Under the pieces are notes generated by a model, which made no database searches, was not told the DNA's origin, and worked only from the letters and a program-made list of their open reading frames with translations. 64,000 nt of DNA. Source: Selaginella moellendorffii. Its lineage: Eukaryota > Plantae > Lycopodiophyta. Positions 44,538 through 57,387 of the stretch are shown in pieces. Position numbers and translations under genes: made by a program. The DNA lies in NCBI RefSeq assembly GCF_000143415.4, contig NW_003314304.1, positions 926,047 through 990,046 on the forward strand, written 5' to 3'. Each line of letters opens with the position of its first letter. Positions within the stretch are counted from its first letter, which is position 1.

Positions 44538-44891
44538 CTACTGTCCTAACCAGCGCGTTTCCTCTTCCACTGCTTTCCATATCGCACGAAAGGTAATGGG
44601 CTTGGGGAGCTTTGCGCTACACATCGGGCACGAATCATTGTTTTCCATCCACTCGCGAAGACATTCCAGATGATAACAGTGCTTGCACGGTATCTGCTTC
44701 ACCGCGCTATCGAGCTCGAACTTTTCCTTGCAAACCGCGCACCATGGCTTGATCTCGGGGAGAAGATCGCAGATGCTGGGCATCGGCTTGGGAGGGGGTT
44801 TGAAAAAGATTTTCGTATCCACCCATGTCAATACCTTGGCCGTGAAATTCTCCACCTTTTCTAGCATCGTCACAGGCTTCTCGATCGCCAT
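44538..44891 (-). CDS. Small RING-H2 E3 ligase-like protein, 117 aa
   Basis: CAVCKEKF...PCKHCYH.EC..W....SCPMC. Confidence 0.85.
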   Translation of the reverse strand: MAIEKPVTMLEKVENFTAKVLTWVDTKIFFKPPPKPMPSICDLLPEIKPWCAVCKEKFELDSAVKQIPCKHCYHLECLREWMENNDSCPMCSAKLPKPITFRAIWKAVEEETRWLGQ

Positions 44892-45111
44892 CTCTCACTC
44901 AAACCTATGGAAACATTTGTGGTTTTGGGCCATTTATTTATACTAGCAAGAAAAGGAAATTTTACCTTTTTATAATTTAAGGGTTTACTTTTAATTACAA
45001 TTAGTGGTTGGGTTAAATGTTTATTAATTTTATTACCGTTTTATAGGCAATTTACTTTTATATCTTAATAATTATAAATATTTGAAATCAAAATGAGAGG
45101 ATCTTAGGGTT

Positions 45112-46285
45112 TTAGCGATAGACAATTGCGCGCTCTTCCCAGGCGGCGATCGCCAGCTCCATCGATGCAAGAGGTAGGCGAAGGTGAGCTTGACACGGGG
45201 ATTCGACGCAGCGGCGCCGCCCCGACGAGTAGGGCAGGAGATCGAAGTCATTCCCCAGCACGCTGTGGTCGCTGCCCAGGAATCGCTCGGGGGGAGAGCT
45301 CGGGGTCGCTCCAGACGCTTGGGTCGTGATGGATTGCCCAGACGTTAACGAGGACTGTGGTGTGATGCAAGGCAGGTCTTTTAGATCCCACTCCTCCAGA
45401 GAGCGATCTCTTCCCACGACTCTGTCCAGCTCCTCGTGAGCTCTCTCCTGGATTCTGGGGTTTAGGATCAGCTCCGAGACGGCCCATTCGATCGTCGCCC
45501 TGGAAGTTAGACTGCCGCAAGCTTACGTGAGAAAGAACAAAGTACGAAGAACAAGGTAAGCTTTTTCTTTCTACCTGGAGCAGCGGTTGTCGCTGAGCTT
45601 GTTTTCGCCTGCCAGAGTCAGCATCACGTCGACAAAGTCCCGGGGATTTCCTGGATCGAAGCCTTCCGTGTGCTCCTCGATGACTGCTTTGAGAAAGCGA
45701 GCTCTTGCTGGTAAGACCTCATTCTTGAGACGATTTTGCGTCCTGAGCGTGTCCAGCCACTGCAGCGCAGGGATGTAATCACCCGCAAAGAGCCATCTGG
45801 ATTCTTTCGCTACGATCCGACTCCTTGTAGTCCTCGGCCTCGGGAGTGAGGGGCTCGTCGGTACCGTAGAACTTCCTCCCGATCAACACGCTCGTCATGA
45901 GGTTCGTGAAGTACTCGTGCAGCATGGAGCTGAGATCAACTCGACGATCGATCCAAACGCTCCCAGCTCCAAGTGGCTGACTTTGGAGGCCGTGAAGAGC
46001 TCCGCGGCGCTCACTCGCCGCAGCATCTTCCATCGCTCGCCGAAAGATGAGGTCCTGGAAGTTGTGGCTGAGGAGGCAGGCGAGGCACGAAGGAGTAGTG
46101 GGGCCTTCTCGCAAACTCGGCGTCGTGCTCCTTGAGGACTTGCCTCGCCATCTCCGGGGCTTGCCTCGCCATCTCCAGCTATTCTTTCGAGCCATCTCGG
46201 CCAGGGAGCGGTGACGGTAAGCGCCGAGAGAGAGAGACGACGGGCCATGAGAAAGGACCTGTGACGAGCAAATCCAGCAGCGCAC
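45112..46285 (-). pseudogene. Cytochrome P450 (CYP71 clan) pseudogene
   Basis: DYIPALQWLD, PRDFVDVML, TIEWAVSELI.NP...AHEELDRVVG, VLVNVWAIHHDPSVW, PERF, damaged heme motif LLPYSSGRRRC; multiple frameshifts; ExxR helix not seen. Confidence 0.88.
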
Positions 46286-46508
46286 TGATCTTGCTCTGCT
46301 GAATCAGTGTCGTAAGTCTTAGGTCTTTTAGCCTTGGCCTCTCTTATTAGGCTCGCAAGGTAAGGCGTGTTTTCGAAAATTTGAGAGACGAAAGAACTTT
46401 ACCTTGTCAAGAAGAGTTCACAAATAGAATTTGGAAAAGCCTACGCTGAAAGAATTATCCATCTTAAGTAGCCTACGCTGAAAGAATTATCTTAGGACTT
46501 AAGAATTT

Positions 46509-46670
46509 GGAGAGGGCCGCGCGTACGCGAGCCCTCAACTTCCACAAATTACGACGTCCACTCCTCCACTTTGGGAAGATGGTAGGCCGGCCAAGCCGAA
46601 GTGCAATGGGAAGGCCGAACCTAGGCCATTGGCCTTCATGATCACCAATAGACCCCGTCCAGGTAAGTAT
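46509..46670 (-). ncRNA. U1: U1 spliceosomal snRNA
   Basis: 5' AUACUUACCUGG, loop I GAUCAUGAAG, loop II AUUGCACUU, Sm site AAUUUGUGG, terminal GC stem with a UACG loop, downstream 3'-box-like CA..AGTCCTAA. Confidence 0.96.
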
Positions 46671-46693
46671 GGATCACTTCCCCAGGCCCTACC

Positions 46694-46740
46694 TTATATA
46701 CTGCTCTTGTGCCCTCATTCCACGCCCCGGCATGTGGGAT
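46694..46740 (-). promoter_or_regulatory. Plant snRNA promoter: USE (ATCCCACATGC, 46740-46730) and TATA (TATATAA, 46700-46694)
   Basis: Matches the RTCCCACATCG consensus at -70 and a TATA box at -30 of U1. Confidence 0.85.
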
Positions 46741-46828
46741 AGGGTAAAGAATCTGGCGCAGCATATACTTTGGTCAAAGACCTAGTCGATGGCGCTAACG
46801 ACGAGCAAAAAGAGCATTGCTGTGCCTT

Positions 46829-46901
46829 CGCCGGCCGTGGGGCTCGAACCCACGACCACAAGGTTAAGAGCCTTGCGCTCTACCAGCTGAGCTAGGCCGG
46901 C
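46829..46901 (-). tRNA. trnK-CUU: tRNA-Lys (anticodon CUU)
   Basis: 73-nt cloverleaf GCCGGCCTAGCTCAGCTGGTAGAGCGCAAGGCTCTTAACCTTGTGGTCGTGGGTTCGAGCCCCACGGCCGGCG; T5 terminator ~17 nt downstream. Confidence 0.97.
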
Positions 46902-47078
46902 TTTCAAAAACAAATGGAACTTCCAAGCAACAAGAAACCAAGACAGTCTTAAACGGGTTTTGTGACCATGCATTAGTTAGATTAATTTTGTGTTTATAAA
47001 TTCTAAATATGTTTATAATTTATAGTTTTTTCATTTTAAATCTAATAGAATCCACAGCTTATACAAGTTCGTCATCCA

Positions 47079-48932
47079 TCACCATTTCTTCTTCCCCAGC
47101 GAGAGCCTGCTTCCAAACTTGACGTCTGGATTCCGGGTGATGGATGATGTCGCGGCAGCGGCGGCTTTGCTACCCACGCGAGCCGAGATGCTCCACAGAG
47201 ATTCACCTTTGCCGCTGCTGCTCTTCTTCGCCGGAGCTGGAGCTGGAGCTGGAGTGGGAGCTTGATCGGCGACAGCCGGAGGTGGAACAACACTTCCAGG
47301 ATTCTTGGAAGTCTTGAGAAGCGGATGCTTGGGACCTCCAGTCTTTCCCATCCCGTGAGCGAGCAGCCACCGCGACCCGGATTGCTGCTGCTTTTGCGTC
47401 CCCCAGATCCTCTTTTTGCCGTTGCCACCCTCGATCGAATCACCCGACTTGAGACCCGCCATATGAACTCCAGTGATCTTGAACTGCGATGATGATCCCT
47501 GCTGCTGTTGCTGGAGTTCCTCCTCGTCCACCTCGCTGTTGCCTTGGATCGAGACTCTCTTGAACATCTTTGGTCGAGGAGGAACGAGCACTCGCTCCGC
47601 CTGGACGAATGCCATCATCGGTGCTCCCACTGGCTCGAAGTTCCTGAGAGGATCACGGAGCTGGACGAGCATGGCGAGCGTGAGTGTGTCACCCATGAGA
47701 CCACCTTGATCCTGCGAAGAAGAAGAAGAAGAATCCATCACTCTCTTGCCGCTACTGCCGCTGCTGCTGTGATCGTCGCTCGCGTTGGCCATCAAGACGA
47801 TGTCCGTGGAATGCGCGGCGTGGTGAGCTGCAAGAACAGCCTTGGTCTTGTCCGTCGTCTCGGCCTCGTCGTAAACTCCAGCGTCCAGCCTCATCCACTC
47901 GTCGAGCGAGATCGACATGGCCATCAATCCACTCTCACTGCCGTGATCTTGCCCCGGTGCTGCCTCGATCAACCTCAAACTTCCACTCCCGCCACCTTCT
48001 AAAAGATTGCTGCTGCTGCCTGGCTCGATCGCGTATGGAGCTTCCTCCTCGGCCATGTCCGACTGGATCTTGAGCCCCTGCATCGCCAGAGCCTCGATCT
48101 TCTCCATCGCCACCGGAGCCAGATCTTCCAGCGACATGAAAGTATCATCCGAGCTTCGCGGCCTCGGCGAAGCACCACTTCCACCATATCTCCTCTGATC
48201 AAACAAGGCTCCAGAGCTGTTCTTGGCTACTTCTAGTCCACCACTTCCACCATGCCCATACTCGAGAGCTAGCCTGTTACTACCACTGCCTTGTCCACCA
48301 CCAAGAGCTGGATACCTGCGAAATCAAACGTGAATGAGTAAAACCATCAACCATGCATCGTCGAAATCGCACCTTGGAGCTCCTTCCAGTGAAGCTTGAC
48401 CCTCCATAGCTATCTGGTATATGTTCTTGCCGGTTATATCCTCGAGAGGCATCGTTTCCATGACTTGGAGCGCCATGTTTTCGGATCCACCGGCTGCGAG
48501 GCTGCGAAAGATATCCAAAACACCCGATCCCATCTCCGCAGGCACCACCACTGGCTTGGAGACCTGGAGAACGAGCCGGCCATCGTTCCTTCCTCCCTGG
48601 AAATGGATCGGATTCATCGTTCGCAGCGAGCCACCGTCGCGAGTTGGAATCATGGAGCCGAGTCCGTCCGCGAGACATGGAGGCTCGGATGGTATCACCG
48701 CCAGAGCGCTGGCTGCCGAGAAATCCCCCGCGTGCTTTGGAGGAGATCTCTGGAAAGCTCGCTCGTTGAGACCCCACTCTTGCATGAGAGCCTCGGCCTC
48801 GGCGTCCTCGAGAAGCTTTGCTCGAGCTTTGCTCCTCGCTGCCTGTGCTGCCTTCTGGAGCTCCATCTCCGCCGCGTCCATGAAGGCCGAGAGATCGTCG
48901 TCTTCTTCGCTGCCCCAGCTTCCAACCTGGAT

Positions 48933-48963
<31 letters not shown>

Positions 48964-50387
48964 ATCGCTGGTCGAGAGTAAGGCACAAGAACAGTAGAAG
49001 TCTCTTCCTCCGCCACGATTCCTCCACCTCCAAAGTTCCTCCCGAGCAGAGCTTGCTCCTCCTCGAACTGCCGCAGCAGCAATCCCCGCGGCGAGCAGCT
49101 GTAAATCTCTCCCTCGTCGTCCGAGCTCGTTCCCAGCATGTGTAAGAACTTCTCGGCCTCGTCGTCCAGCTCGCCACCCTCGCTCTCGGGATGAAAGCTC
49201 CGGTCCTCCTCGAAGAAACTCTCCTCCACTCGACGAGACGACTCCTCCACGCCTTGATCCACCACGGAGAAGTCCGCCTCGCCGTCATCCTCGTCTCGAT
49301 CATCCGACTGCTCCATACTAAACTCTTTGAGCTCCTGTTCTTGCTGCCTCCCAGGAGTATCCGGCGCCAGCAGCCCCGAGCTGGAGCTCATCGTCATGGC
49401 TGTCCCGGTGTCCTCCTCCTCCTCCGGATCATCGTCGTCAAGGTTTAGATTCTCCACGTCGATCGAGTACTCGGGCTCCGACTGCGCGGGAGAAGCTCCG
49501 CCACCTTTCTGCTGCTGCTTCCTCACACCGGAGAGAGCGATCACACCTTGCGGCGAGCTCGGCAAGCTGCTAAAGGACCTCACCAGCCTTGAATCCGGCG
49601 GAGAGTGCGAGCTGAACTTCCCGGTAGTAGCAGCATCCGTGGACGATGGAACAGGGTCACCACTCTCATCCATCTCATACCCGAAAGTCACCACCAAAAT
49701 CCCACCTTTGGCCCTCCCGGAGAGCTTGAAGCTCGTGTTCCAGCTGCTCTTCTTCCCCGATCCCCGAGCGGAGCTATCGTCCGGGAGGATCCGGCTGAGA
49801 TCGAGCCTGTGCTTGCCGAGCTCGAGCTCGCTAGCATCAGGAGCCACGACCGAGAGAGTGAAGGTCTTGGACGTGTAGCGAACGCCACCGCTGGAGCTGG
49901 AGCTGCCATAGACGGCGCACTTGATCCGGAGAGCCTCCTCGAAATCGGCACAGCCTTTGAAAACCAGGGAAGGCACTGTTCTTGCCTCGCTCTCCTTGTG
50001 CTTGAGCCGGACCTGGAGACGAAGGCCCTCCAGCGATGTTGGGAGCTTGCTAATCCCGTGGACGTGGGCAACGAACTCGCAACCAAACCTCGTCTGGCCG
50101 ATGTGCGCCAGAGCTCGCAGCGGCTTCCAGTCCCAGAGGCTGCCGCCCTTCTTCTTGCGCTGGTGGGCGATTGGGAGCTGCTGCGTCACTGCCGCCGCTG
50201 GCACAGACCCCTGATCGCTCAAGAAATCGGGAAGATCGGCCCCGTCCGAGTGCCATGTTAGCAGCGCTCGATCTTGCGGCTCCTTCCTGCTGCCCTTGGC
50301 CTTGTAGAGCGCCTGGCTGAGCGCCTCGAGCTCGCGGAGCAGCTGCCCTCCAGCGTCTGCCCGAGAGGATGGAACCGACCCGACCAT
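47079..50387 (-). CDS. PMIR1: PLASTID MOVEMENT IMPAIRED 1-related protein (NT-C2 domain), one intron ~48317-48372
   Basis: LLRELEALSQALY, WDWKPLRALAHI, FEEAL...C.VYGS, LGKHRLDLSR, SPRGLLLRQFE, LMQEWGLNE.AF, MPLEDITGK, ISLDEWMRLDAG, VQLRDPLRNFEPVG.PM, SGSRWLLA.GMGK. Start codon approximate. Confidence 0.9.
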
Positions 50388-51443
50388 GTGTGATCTCACC
50401 CGTGCAGCCGATTTCTCGCTCGCAGATCCAGTTGGGCAGGGGGAGCGGCGGCCGGGGAGCGAACCCAAGTCGTCAAAATCGGATTTTGGCGCTCAGGGCG
50501 GCCGGATCGGGTGCTCGCGCGGAGAGGGGAAGAACGGTATGATGCATGGCATAAATCTTGGCGAAGAACATGCAAGAAAAGGGGGTAAAGGATGAAACTT
50601 TTAGAACAAAGTGGATGATCTTTGCAAGGAGAAAGTCGTACCTGGAGTGGCTTCTTCTTCTTCCTCTCGCCTGGCGCGCCCTGGAAAATGGAGAACAGCG
50701 CACGCCACTGGCGATGGTGTTTTTAGGGCGGTGAAAAACGAGCAACAGCAACAGCAAAGGGTTTTTATGTTGGTTTTACGGCGCCATTTTTCCCTCTCCG
50801 TGCTCTGCCAAAGTTCTTGTCTCTCAATTCAAACACTTGCTCTCATGATTCTCGAGAAAGCTTTGGATCAATCAATCAGTCGCTCAATCAATCAACGTGA
50901 TCCATGGATTATCAACGCTATACACTTCATTGTTTTTGCATTGCTGGGTTTCTTTTGCGTTGTTGGATTGTGATCTTCCACCGAGGCATGCAAAAGAAAC
51001 CATTCCGAGTTGGTTGGGATCTCCCGGCTGGAATTGCCATATACAAATCAGTGCTCGTTCGAAAGAGCTTGGAGGGAGCGGCAAAGCGGCAAAGCTCGCG
51101 CGAAATTCTATGCAACTTTCGCCTCGATGGTGGTGAAAACTTTGGCTTTAGCCTGGAGCTCCCCGATCGATTGCCGGAATTGTTGGATGCAGTAAACTTC
51201 CGAGGTTGGTAAACTAGTGTGTTGTCAAATGCATCCAACAAACTCAAATAGATCCAAGAAACTTTGCCGCCTCCAGAGCAAAACGATGGCGACGTGTTCC
51301 AACAAATAGTATATTCGATTAGGGTAAGAAAAAAGGGATTCGAACCCGCGCAACGGAAAAGGGCATATTCGATTAGGGCATGAGCGCGCAAGAGAAGAAG
51401 GGGCCTCGCTTGCGCACAGCATCGCGCGCCGCCGGCGCGTGGA

Positions 51444-52835
51444 ATGCAATTGCCGTCGCTGGTCCGCGCCATTCGCTCCTGCGACGATCTCCAGCTCGCC
51501 CGCCGCCTCCACTCGCGGATCTTGGACCTCCGCTACCGCCCCCACTTCGTCTTCCTCGCCAATCTGCTGATGCAAGCGTATGGCAAGTGCGGCAGCGCCC
51601 ATGAATCGCGTCGGGTTTTCCATACCATCGATTCGCTCGCGCGCCCCAATCTCTTCTCCTGGACAATCCTCCTCACAGCAAATGCCCAGAACGGGGATCT
51701 CGCGGCCGCCAAGGAGGTGTTTGACAAGATGCCCCACAGGGACGTGGTGACGTGGACGGCCCTCATTGGCGCCTGCGCTCGGGCCTGCCACGTGGTGGAG
51801 GCCGAGTCGCTGCTCTCCAGGATCCCTGCCACGGATGCGATCGCGTGGAGCAGCATGATCGTGGCATATTCCCTGGCCGGGGATATTCCTCTAGCGAGGA
51901 ATCTCTTCGAGAGCTTGGGCCAGGAGCGCGACGTGGTGGCCGAGACGGCGATGCTCCACGCATATGCCCTCGCGGGGTATCTGCGCGAGGCTCGCGAGCT
52001 GTTCGATTCCATGGCCGCCAAGAACGAGATCTCCTGGAGCGCGATGCTGGGGGGTCTCGCGGATCGAAGCTTGATGGACGAGGCGGCGGCGCTGCTGGAT
52101 CGAATGCCGCAGCACGACCTAGTCTGCTGGACCGCGATGCTGCTGGGCTATGCCCGGAAAGGGGATTTGGATCGCGCGAAGGCGCTGTTTGATCACATCC
52201 CGGAGCGCGATCTCGTGTGTTGGACGGCGATGGTGGAGGCGGCGGCGGGCAGGGTCGAGCTCGAGATCGCGGCGGCGGTGTTTGATCGAATGCCCGCGAG
52301 GAATGTGGTGTCGTGGACGGCGATAGTGGCGGCGCTGGGGCAGGAGCTCCGAGTGGACGATGCCCGGTTGCTCTTCGATGCGATGCCCGAGCACGACACG
52401 ATCTCGCGCAACGCGATGCTGTTTGGATTGGGGAAGATGGGGCGAGTGGAGGAATCCAAGGCTATGTTCGATGCGATGAGCGATCGAAGCATGGTTTCCT
52501 GGACGGCGATGCTGGCGATCTTTGGGCGGATGGGGCAGCTCGATCGGGCAGAGGGAGTGTTTGATCGAATGCCCAAGAGGGATGTGGTGTCTTGGACAGC
52601 GCTGGTGACGCTCTACATCCAAGACGGGCAAATGGAGGCCGCCAAAGCTGCGTATGATCGAATGCCACAGGCTGACATTGTGCCGTGGAATGCCATGCTC
52701 CAGGCCAAGATCCACTTTGATGGGTTTGGACATGCAAAGTGGCTGTTTGATAGAATGCCGCAGTGGGATTCCATCTCGTGCATGGCCCTTGTCGGCCTTC
52801 TCAATCTTAAAAAGCTACTAACACCCCTTCAATAA
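51444..52835 (+). CDS. PLS-type PPR protein, 463 aa, without an E domain (possibly 3'-truncated)
   Basis: LANLLMQAYGKCG followed by repeated FDRMP..D.VSWTA; the ORF ends at the edge of AT-rich sequence. Confidence 0.85.
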   Translation: MQLPSLVRAIRSCDDLQLARRLHSRILDLRYRPHFVFLANLLMQAYGKCGSAHESRRVFHTIDSLARPNLFSWTILLTANAQNGDLAAAKEVFDKMPHRDVVTWTALIGACARACHVVEAESLLSRIPATDAIAWSSMIVAYSLAGDIPLARNLFESLGQERDVVAETAMLHAYALAGYLREARELFDSMAAKNEISWSAMLGGLADRSLMDEAAALLDRMPQHDLVCWTAMLLGYARKGDLDRAKALFDHIPERDLVCWTAMVEAAAGRVELEIAAAVFDRMPARNVVSWTAIVAALGQELRVDDARLLFDAMPEHDTISRNAMLFGLGKMGRVEESKAMFDAMSDRSMVSWTAMLAIFGRMGQLDRAEGVFDRMPKRDVVSWTALVTLYIQDGQMEAAKAAYDRMPQADIVPWNAMLQAKIHFDGFGHAKWLFDRMPQWDSISCMALVGLLNLKKLLTPLQ

Positions 52836-53185
52836 TATGAACTTATTTTGTTGATTAACCTAAAGAATATATTTAGAATAGCTAGGATATTCCCAAACCT
52901 AATGTTCCTTTTCTATAAACAAATGAATGAATTAAAATTAATTAACTTAGCTATCTCTAGCTCGATTAAGTGATATTTCGTTGATCTTAAAGCTTCGTGT
53001 CTTGGTGGTCGCTGCCTTAAAGAATCCCAATCGATCGACACGGAGTTTGGAGCGATTTCGTGGCAGGGAATCTCGATCGTTTCAGAGGGAAGGCAAAAAA
53101 TTGGTTTTTCAGTGTCTAGCTTAGAGAAAGAAGGAAAAATGGGTCGTTTCTTCGGTAGAAGCTCACGACTTTTGGAAGAAGAAAA

Positions 53186-54585
53186 ATGCCTCAAAGAACA
53201 AATGCGAAGGAGGTAAGCGAGTTTGAGAAATTTTTCTTCCTTGCGAGAGAGATTTAAAGATCAATTTATTTTTTAATTTCTTCGCAGCTTTTCTGGCCCC
53301 GACAAGTTCTTCGCAAGCTGCCCGGGTCGGACGCGTTCAATGACGAAGACGACGACCACGACGACATGCAAAGCAGCGGCGATGGCAACTTGTCACGAAT
53401 ATAATGCTAAACTTTCCATAAACTTTTGCTCGTGTTCTTCCTCAGATTCGAGTGAGCATGAGGTTGGGCTCAAGCCTGCGAAGTTTGCCCCCGATGTATC
53501 CAACGACAGGTCTCGAGAAAAATCTAAATATGGATCTTTAGTACTTTTTATTTTGTCTTTCAAGCAAACACTGTGGTTCCTGCGCGAGGACGCTGTGGAC
53601 ACAGCTTGTCGACACTCTAGACTACCAGTACGTCTCTCAAAATTCGATTTTGCGAGGAGCTCTTGCTTAGCAGTCGCGAAATCTTTGTCCAGGATATGGA
53701 AGATCTGGGAAGTCTCCAGACCCGATTTTGATCTTCGAAAGTGATCCACCCGTGCATATGTACGTGATCGGGTAAGCGAAACTCGAGAGAGTTTTTTTTT
53801 TTCGAGAGTTTAAACCAAACTCTCGAGAACTCAAGAGTTTTTCGGTGGTTTTCGTTCCTTTGAATGCCGGCAACGTCCTGGGAGCCGCCGACAACATCCC
53901 CGTCGCAAAGTGGGAGTCGCTCATCCGCAAGACTCTCAATGGCGCCGCTGTTCATCCCGGCGACGAAACTTTCTCCTCGCTGCTCTCATCATTGTCATCA
54001 TCATCGGAAGAACAATCTCGCCAGGGCGGTGCATCGCCAACGATTTGTTCTTCCGAAACTGGAGGAGGAGTATTCCACCGGAGGAGCCGGAGTGCCCCGG
54101 ACCAAAACTTTCTCAACACCTGGACCCCGAGCATCCCGCGCTCTAGCTCCGACGCTACCATCAAGCTCGCGGATTTGCCATGTCCAAGCCCCCGGCCATC
54201 TCGGCTTGTCTCTCGGACAACACGACGATGGCTTCTCCCGGAAACTCGGAGAACTCGTGAGCAAACAAATGGTGGGAGTGTATGTCATCATCTGGATCCG
54301 CAAGAACCTTTGCAGGCACGTCCACGGCCTCAAATTTTGCTGCGTTGGCTGTGGGATACTGTGGAAACAAGGTAAGTTTTTCCAGCTTTCTTTGACGATC
54401 TTCTGGATTTTTGGTTTTTGACCTTGCGGGGATTGTCTTCTCTACTCAGGGCTCCATTGCTGTCAGTATGTTGCTCCACCAGACGAGTTTTGCTTCGTTT
54501 GCACACATTTGATGTCGGGTGACAGGGAAGGTGACGAGCTGTGACGGAATGCCAACGTTGCAGAGATTCTCTGGCGGACAGCATT
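53186..54585 (+). pseudogene. Type I inositol polyphosphate 5-phosphatase pseudogene, 3'-truncated
   Basis: LFWPRQVLRK, MYVIG, VPLNAGNVLGA.DN.P..KWE.LIRKTLN, LVSKQMVGVY..IW.R, GSIAVSM.LHQTSF, GDEL*RNANV.EIL; frameshifts and stops; catalytic exons missing. Confidence 0.85.
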
Positions 54586-56200
54586 TAATTGATTTAGCAA
54601 GCTTGCTATGGTGTGCAATTTGTAAAAGGGTAAAAAATATAGTGGTATATTTCACTCACAATATAGTGTTTATGTGGCATTTTTTTTATTGGTTCAGCAT
54701 TAAATGTTAATCCCATTGCAATGGATGCTCTATTCAATAGGTGGATGATATTATGCGATAAGTGGATGATATCTCCATAATATGAACATTGCACTACACA
54801 TACCTTTGTGCATAGATGCCATATAATTTCATGTTTCATCAAATTTAAGCTTTCAGCCTAATGTCAATTTATAATAAGAAGAAAATAGATTGTTGTTTAG
54901 CAACAAAGAGGTTTAATTAGATATGCCATTTTTTTTCTACTTTAAAGAGAGAAAGGGTATAAAGCATATACTTAAGTATATTCTAGACATTCTCTGATTA
55001 GGTCTTAGGGTTTAAAAGGCGTTTTGGTTTGCTAGTGATTGGTTTTAAATGTTTTTGTGGGTTCTTTCTTAGATTTGCTTTAAATTTGTGTCATTGAAAC
55101 CTTTTCTTCCAGATTTACTGGAAGATGTGGAGGAAGAGGAGGAGGATGGCCTTCCATTCAATTTTAATGATTTGGATTATGGTTCAGGTGTGGATAATGA
55201 TAATGATACTCTCCCACCATCATCATGTTCTTTGCTTTAACAATATATCAACATAGTATTAATTAGGCAATAAAATTATTTAAATGTCAAACAACTCCAG
55301 ATTAAACAGATCAAATTTAAGTAACATATACATATATGTGTGTTTGATAGTATATGTGCATTAAATGTAAACAAAAACTATTGCATGTATTGATCATGAA
55401 ATCACAACACATGGCCCAGACACTAGGAAAAGATCTTGGAGCATGGGATGTCCTGGAGTTCAAAGCTTGGAGGGAGTTGAGCACGAAGCTTTTAAGAGCA
55501 CAAAAGAACTTTTGATTGGAACATAGAGATTTGGAGCATGGAGTATGGCTTGGAGGTAGGAGTAGGCAGGCTCAAGGCCCTTGAGGATCCTTATAGTGGC
55601 TAGTGGCTGATGCATTCTCCTGCTCTGCAGCCTTCTTAGATTCAGTGAGTGTTGAGTCTCCAACGTTTGTTTACTTGTAGATCAAATTGAAGTGTTGGTC
55701 TAATCCTTAGTTCACTTGCAGCTTGCAGTGTTTTTCAAATCCACTAATCTGACAAGAGCTTATAGCTGCATGGAGGGTGGTTTTACTTGATGATGGTCCA
55801 TTGAATGCCTGGGCAATGGATCTGTTGGATGCACTCTAGTCACACATGGCATGGGCAAGCTTATCATTCCATTTATTAGCTTGGCCCATTTGTTTTTCAT
55901 TTCTTTTTTGTTAGGTCTAATGATATTCTTTGAGAGTATTCAGCAGAGGTATCAAGAAAGATAGAAGTTAATATGTGTATAGTCTTCCTCAAGGAAGCTG
56001 AGTACACAGATTACAAGACATATTGCATTACTAAGATTTTTGTAGTAGAGATTGATTATCAAGTTATGCTTTTCCATTTTTACTCAAGGAGTTTGGGCAA
56101 CTTGTAATCAACAGCCCAGTGTTTGCTAAGCAATTTCTAGGTAGTGCATGCTATAACCACAGAGCCATGAAAGCCATGAAGAATAAAATAGACCGTCTCA

Positions 56201-57300
56201 TTGGAAACCAACCGAGAATCCTTTGACGCACGGGGCAAAGAAAGATGCGAATCATCGCACTGTCCACGTGGACGGCATCCAGGGGGACATGGATCTAGAT
56301 TAGGCCACTCACGCCAGGAGCAGCTACTGGCCGAATCGATACCTCTCCAACATGATTGTTTACATGTATGGCAAATGCGGGAGCTTGGGCGATGCCGAGG
56401 CCAATGTCTTCTCCTCCGTTACACCCGTGGAGATCTCCAACCTCGACATCTCCTCGGGCGAGGCCTGCGCGGCCTTCTTCTTCCGCAGGATACCACACAC
56501 GGACATTGTCTTGTGGAATTTGATCCTCCAGGCCTTCGCCCAGCGGGAGATTTTCAAGAGAATGCCGTGCTCGAGCATCTTCTACTTCACTACTATCGTC
56601 TCCGGATTCGCCCAGGTGGGATCCCTCGACCACGCGATGCGAGCGTTCCATTTCATCCCCGAGAAGAGCGCTGTCTCGTGGAATGCTGTCTCGCAGATCG
56701 GCCAGCACCACACCGCCTTCGATCACTCCCCCGATAGAAACGATCTGACTTGGACCTTTTGGATAGCCGGATATGCCCAGAATGGGCATATGGAGCAGGA
56801 CGTAGTGATGTTTGCTTTGGTGCTTTCGATAAATCTAATCTCTTGCAATATAATGCTTGTTGGTTTTGGTAATAACGATTTCTTATCACAAGCTGTAGAT
56901 CTCTTTTCTAGAATGCCTTGTATAGATTCTTATTCATGGGGTAGTTTAGTCTCAAAATATGCCCGCAATGGGTATCTGGAAGACATGTTAGAGAGCTTTA
57001 ACACCGAAGATCCAAACACACTTATAGGCGCGTACTCGCAAAAGGAAGCCTCAAATGGGCATTTTGACACCTCTCTTTGAAAGAATGCCAGGGAGAAGCA
57101 CCGTGACTTACACCGACCTGTCGTCGAACCGGAGCATGGAATTGTGGCGGCCTTTTCCTACAGTGGATTGGGGCTTTACCACAGAATGGAGGTTCCCGAC
57201 GAGGTAACTCTGATGGCCGTGCTCATCACTTGTAGCAACTCGGGCACGATGAAACGAGTCACTCGATCGTGATAAGCTTTGGCGAGTTCCTGGAGTGGAA
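56201..57300 (+). pseudogene. Degenerate PPR gene
   Basis: MIVYMYGKCGSL, AGYAQNGH, KYARNGYL, stop at 57080, then VPDEVTLMAVLITC in a broken frame. Confidence 0.75.
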
Positions 57301-57387
57301 AACTCCAAGTTCGCGCTTGCCGACGTCGAGCACGAGAGGAAGCAGCAGCTTGGCATTGTTCCCGTATCGTTCCAGCGGCGGGTCGAC

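Noticed and set aside
46438-46492. 22-bp direct repeat AGCCTACGCTGAAAGAATTATC x2
   Set aside because: Simple local duplication with only two units; not CRISPR-like, and the context is eukaryotic.
51335-51350. B-box-like CGCGGGTTCGAATCCC followed by a T-run (- strand), between two ATATTCGATTAGGG repeats
   Set aside because: No A-box or cloverleaf; cannot support a tRNA or SINE.
54590-56150. AT-rich block truncating the 5-phosphatase as a defined transposon
   Set aside because: Probably TE-derived, but no termini or protein motifs could be identified.
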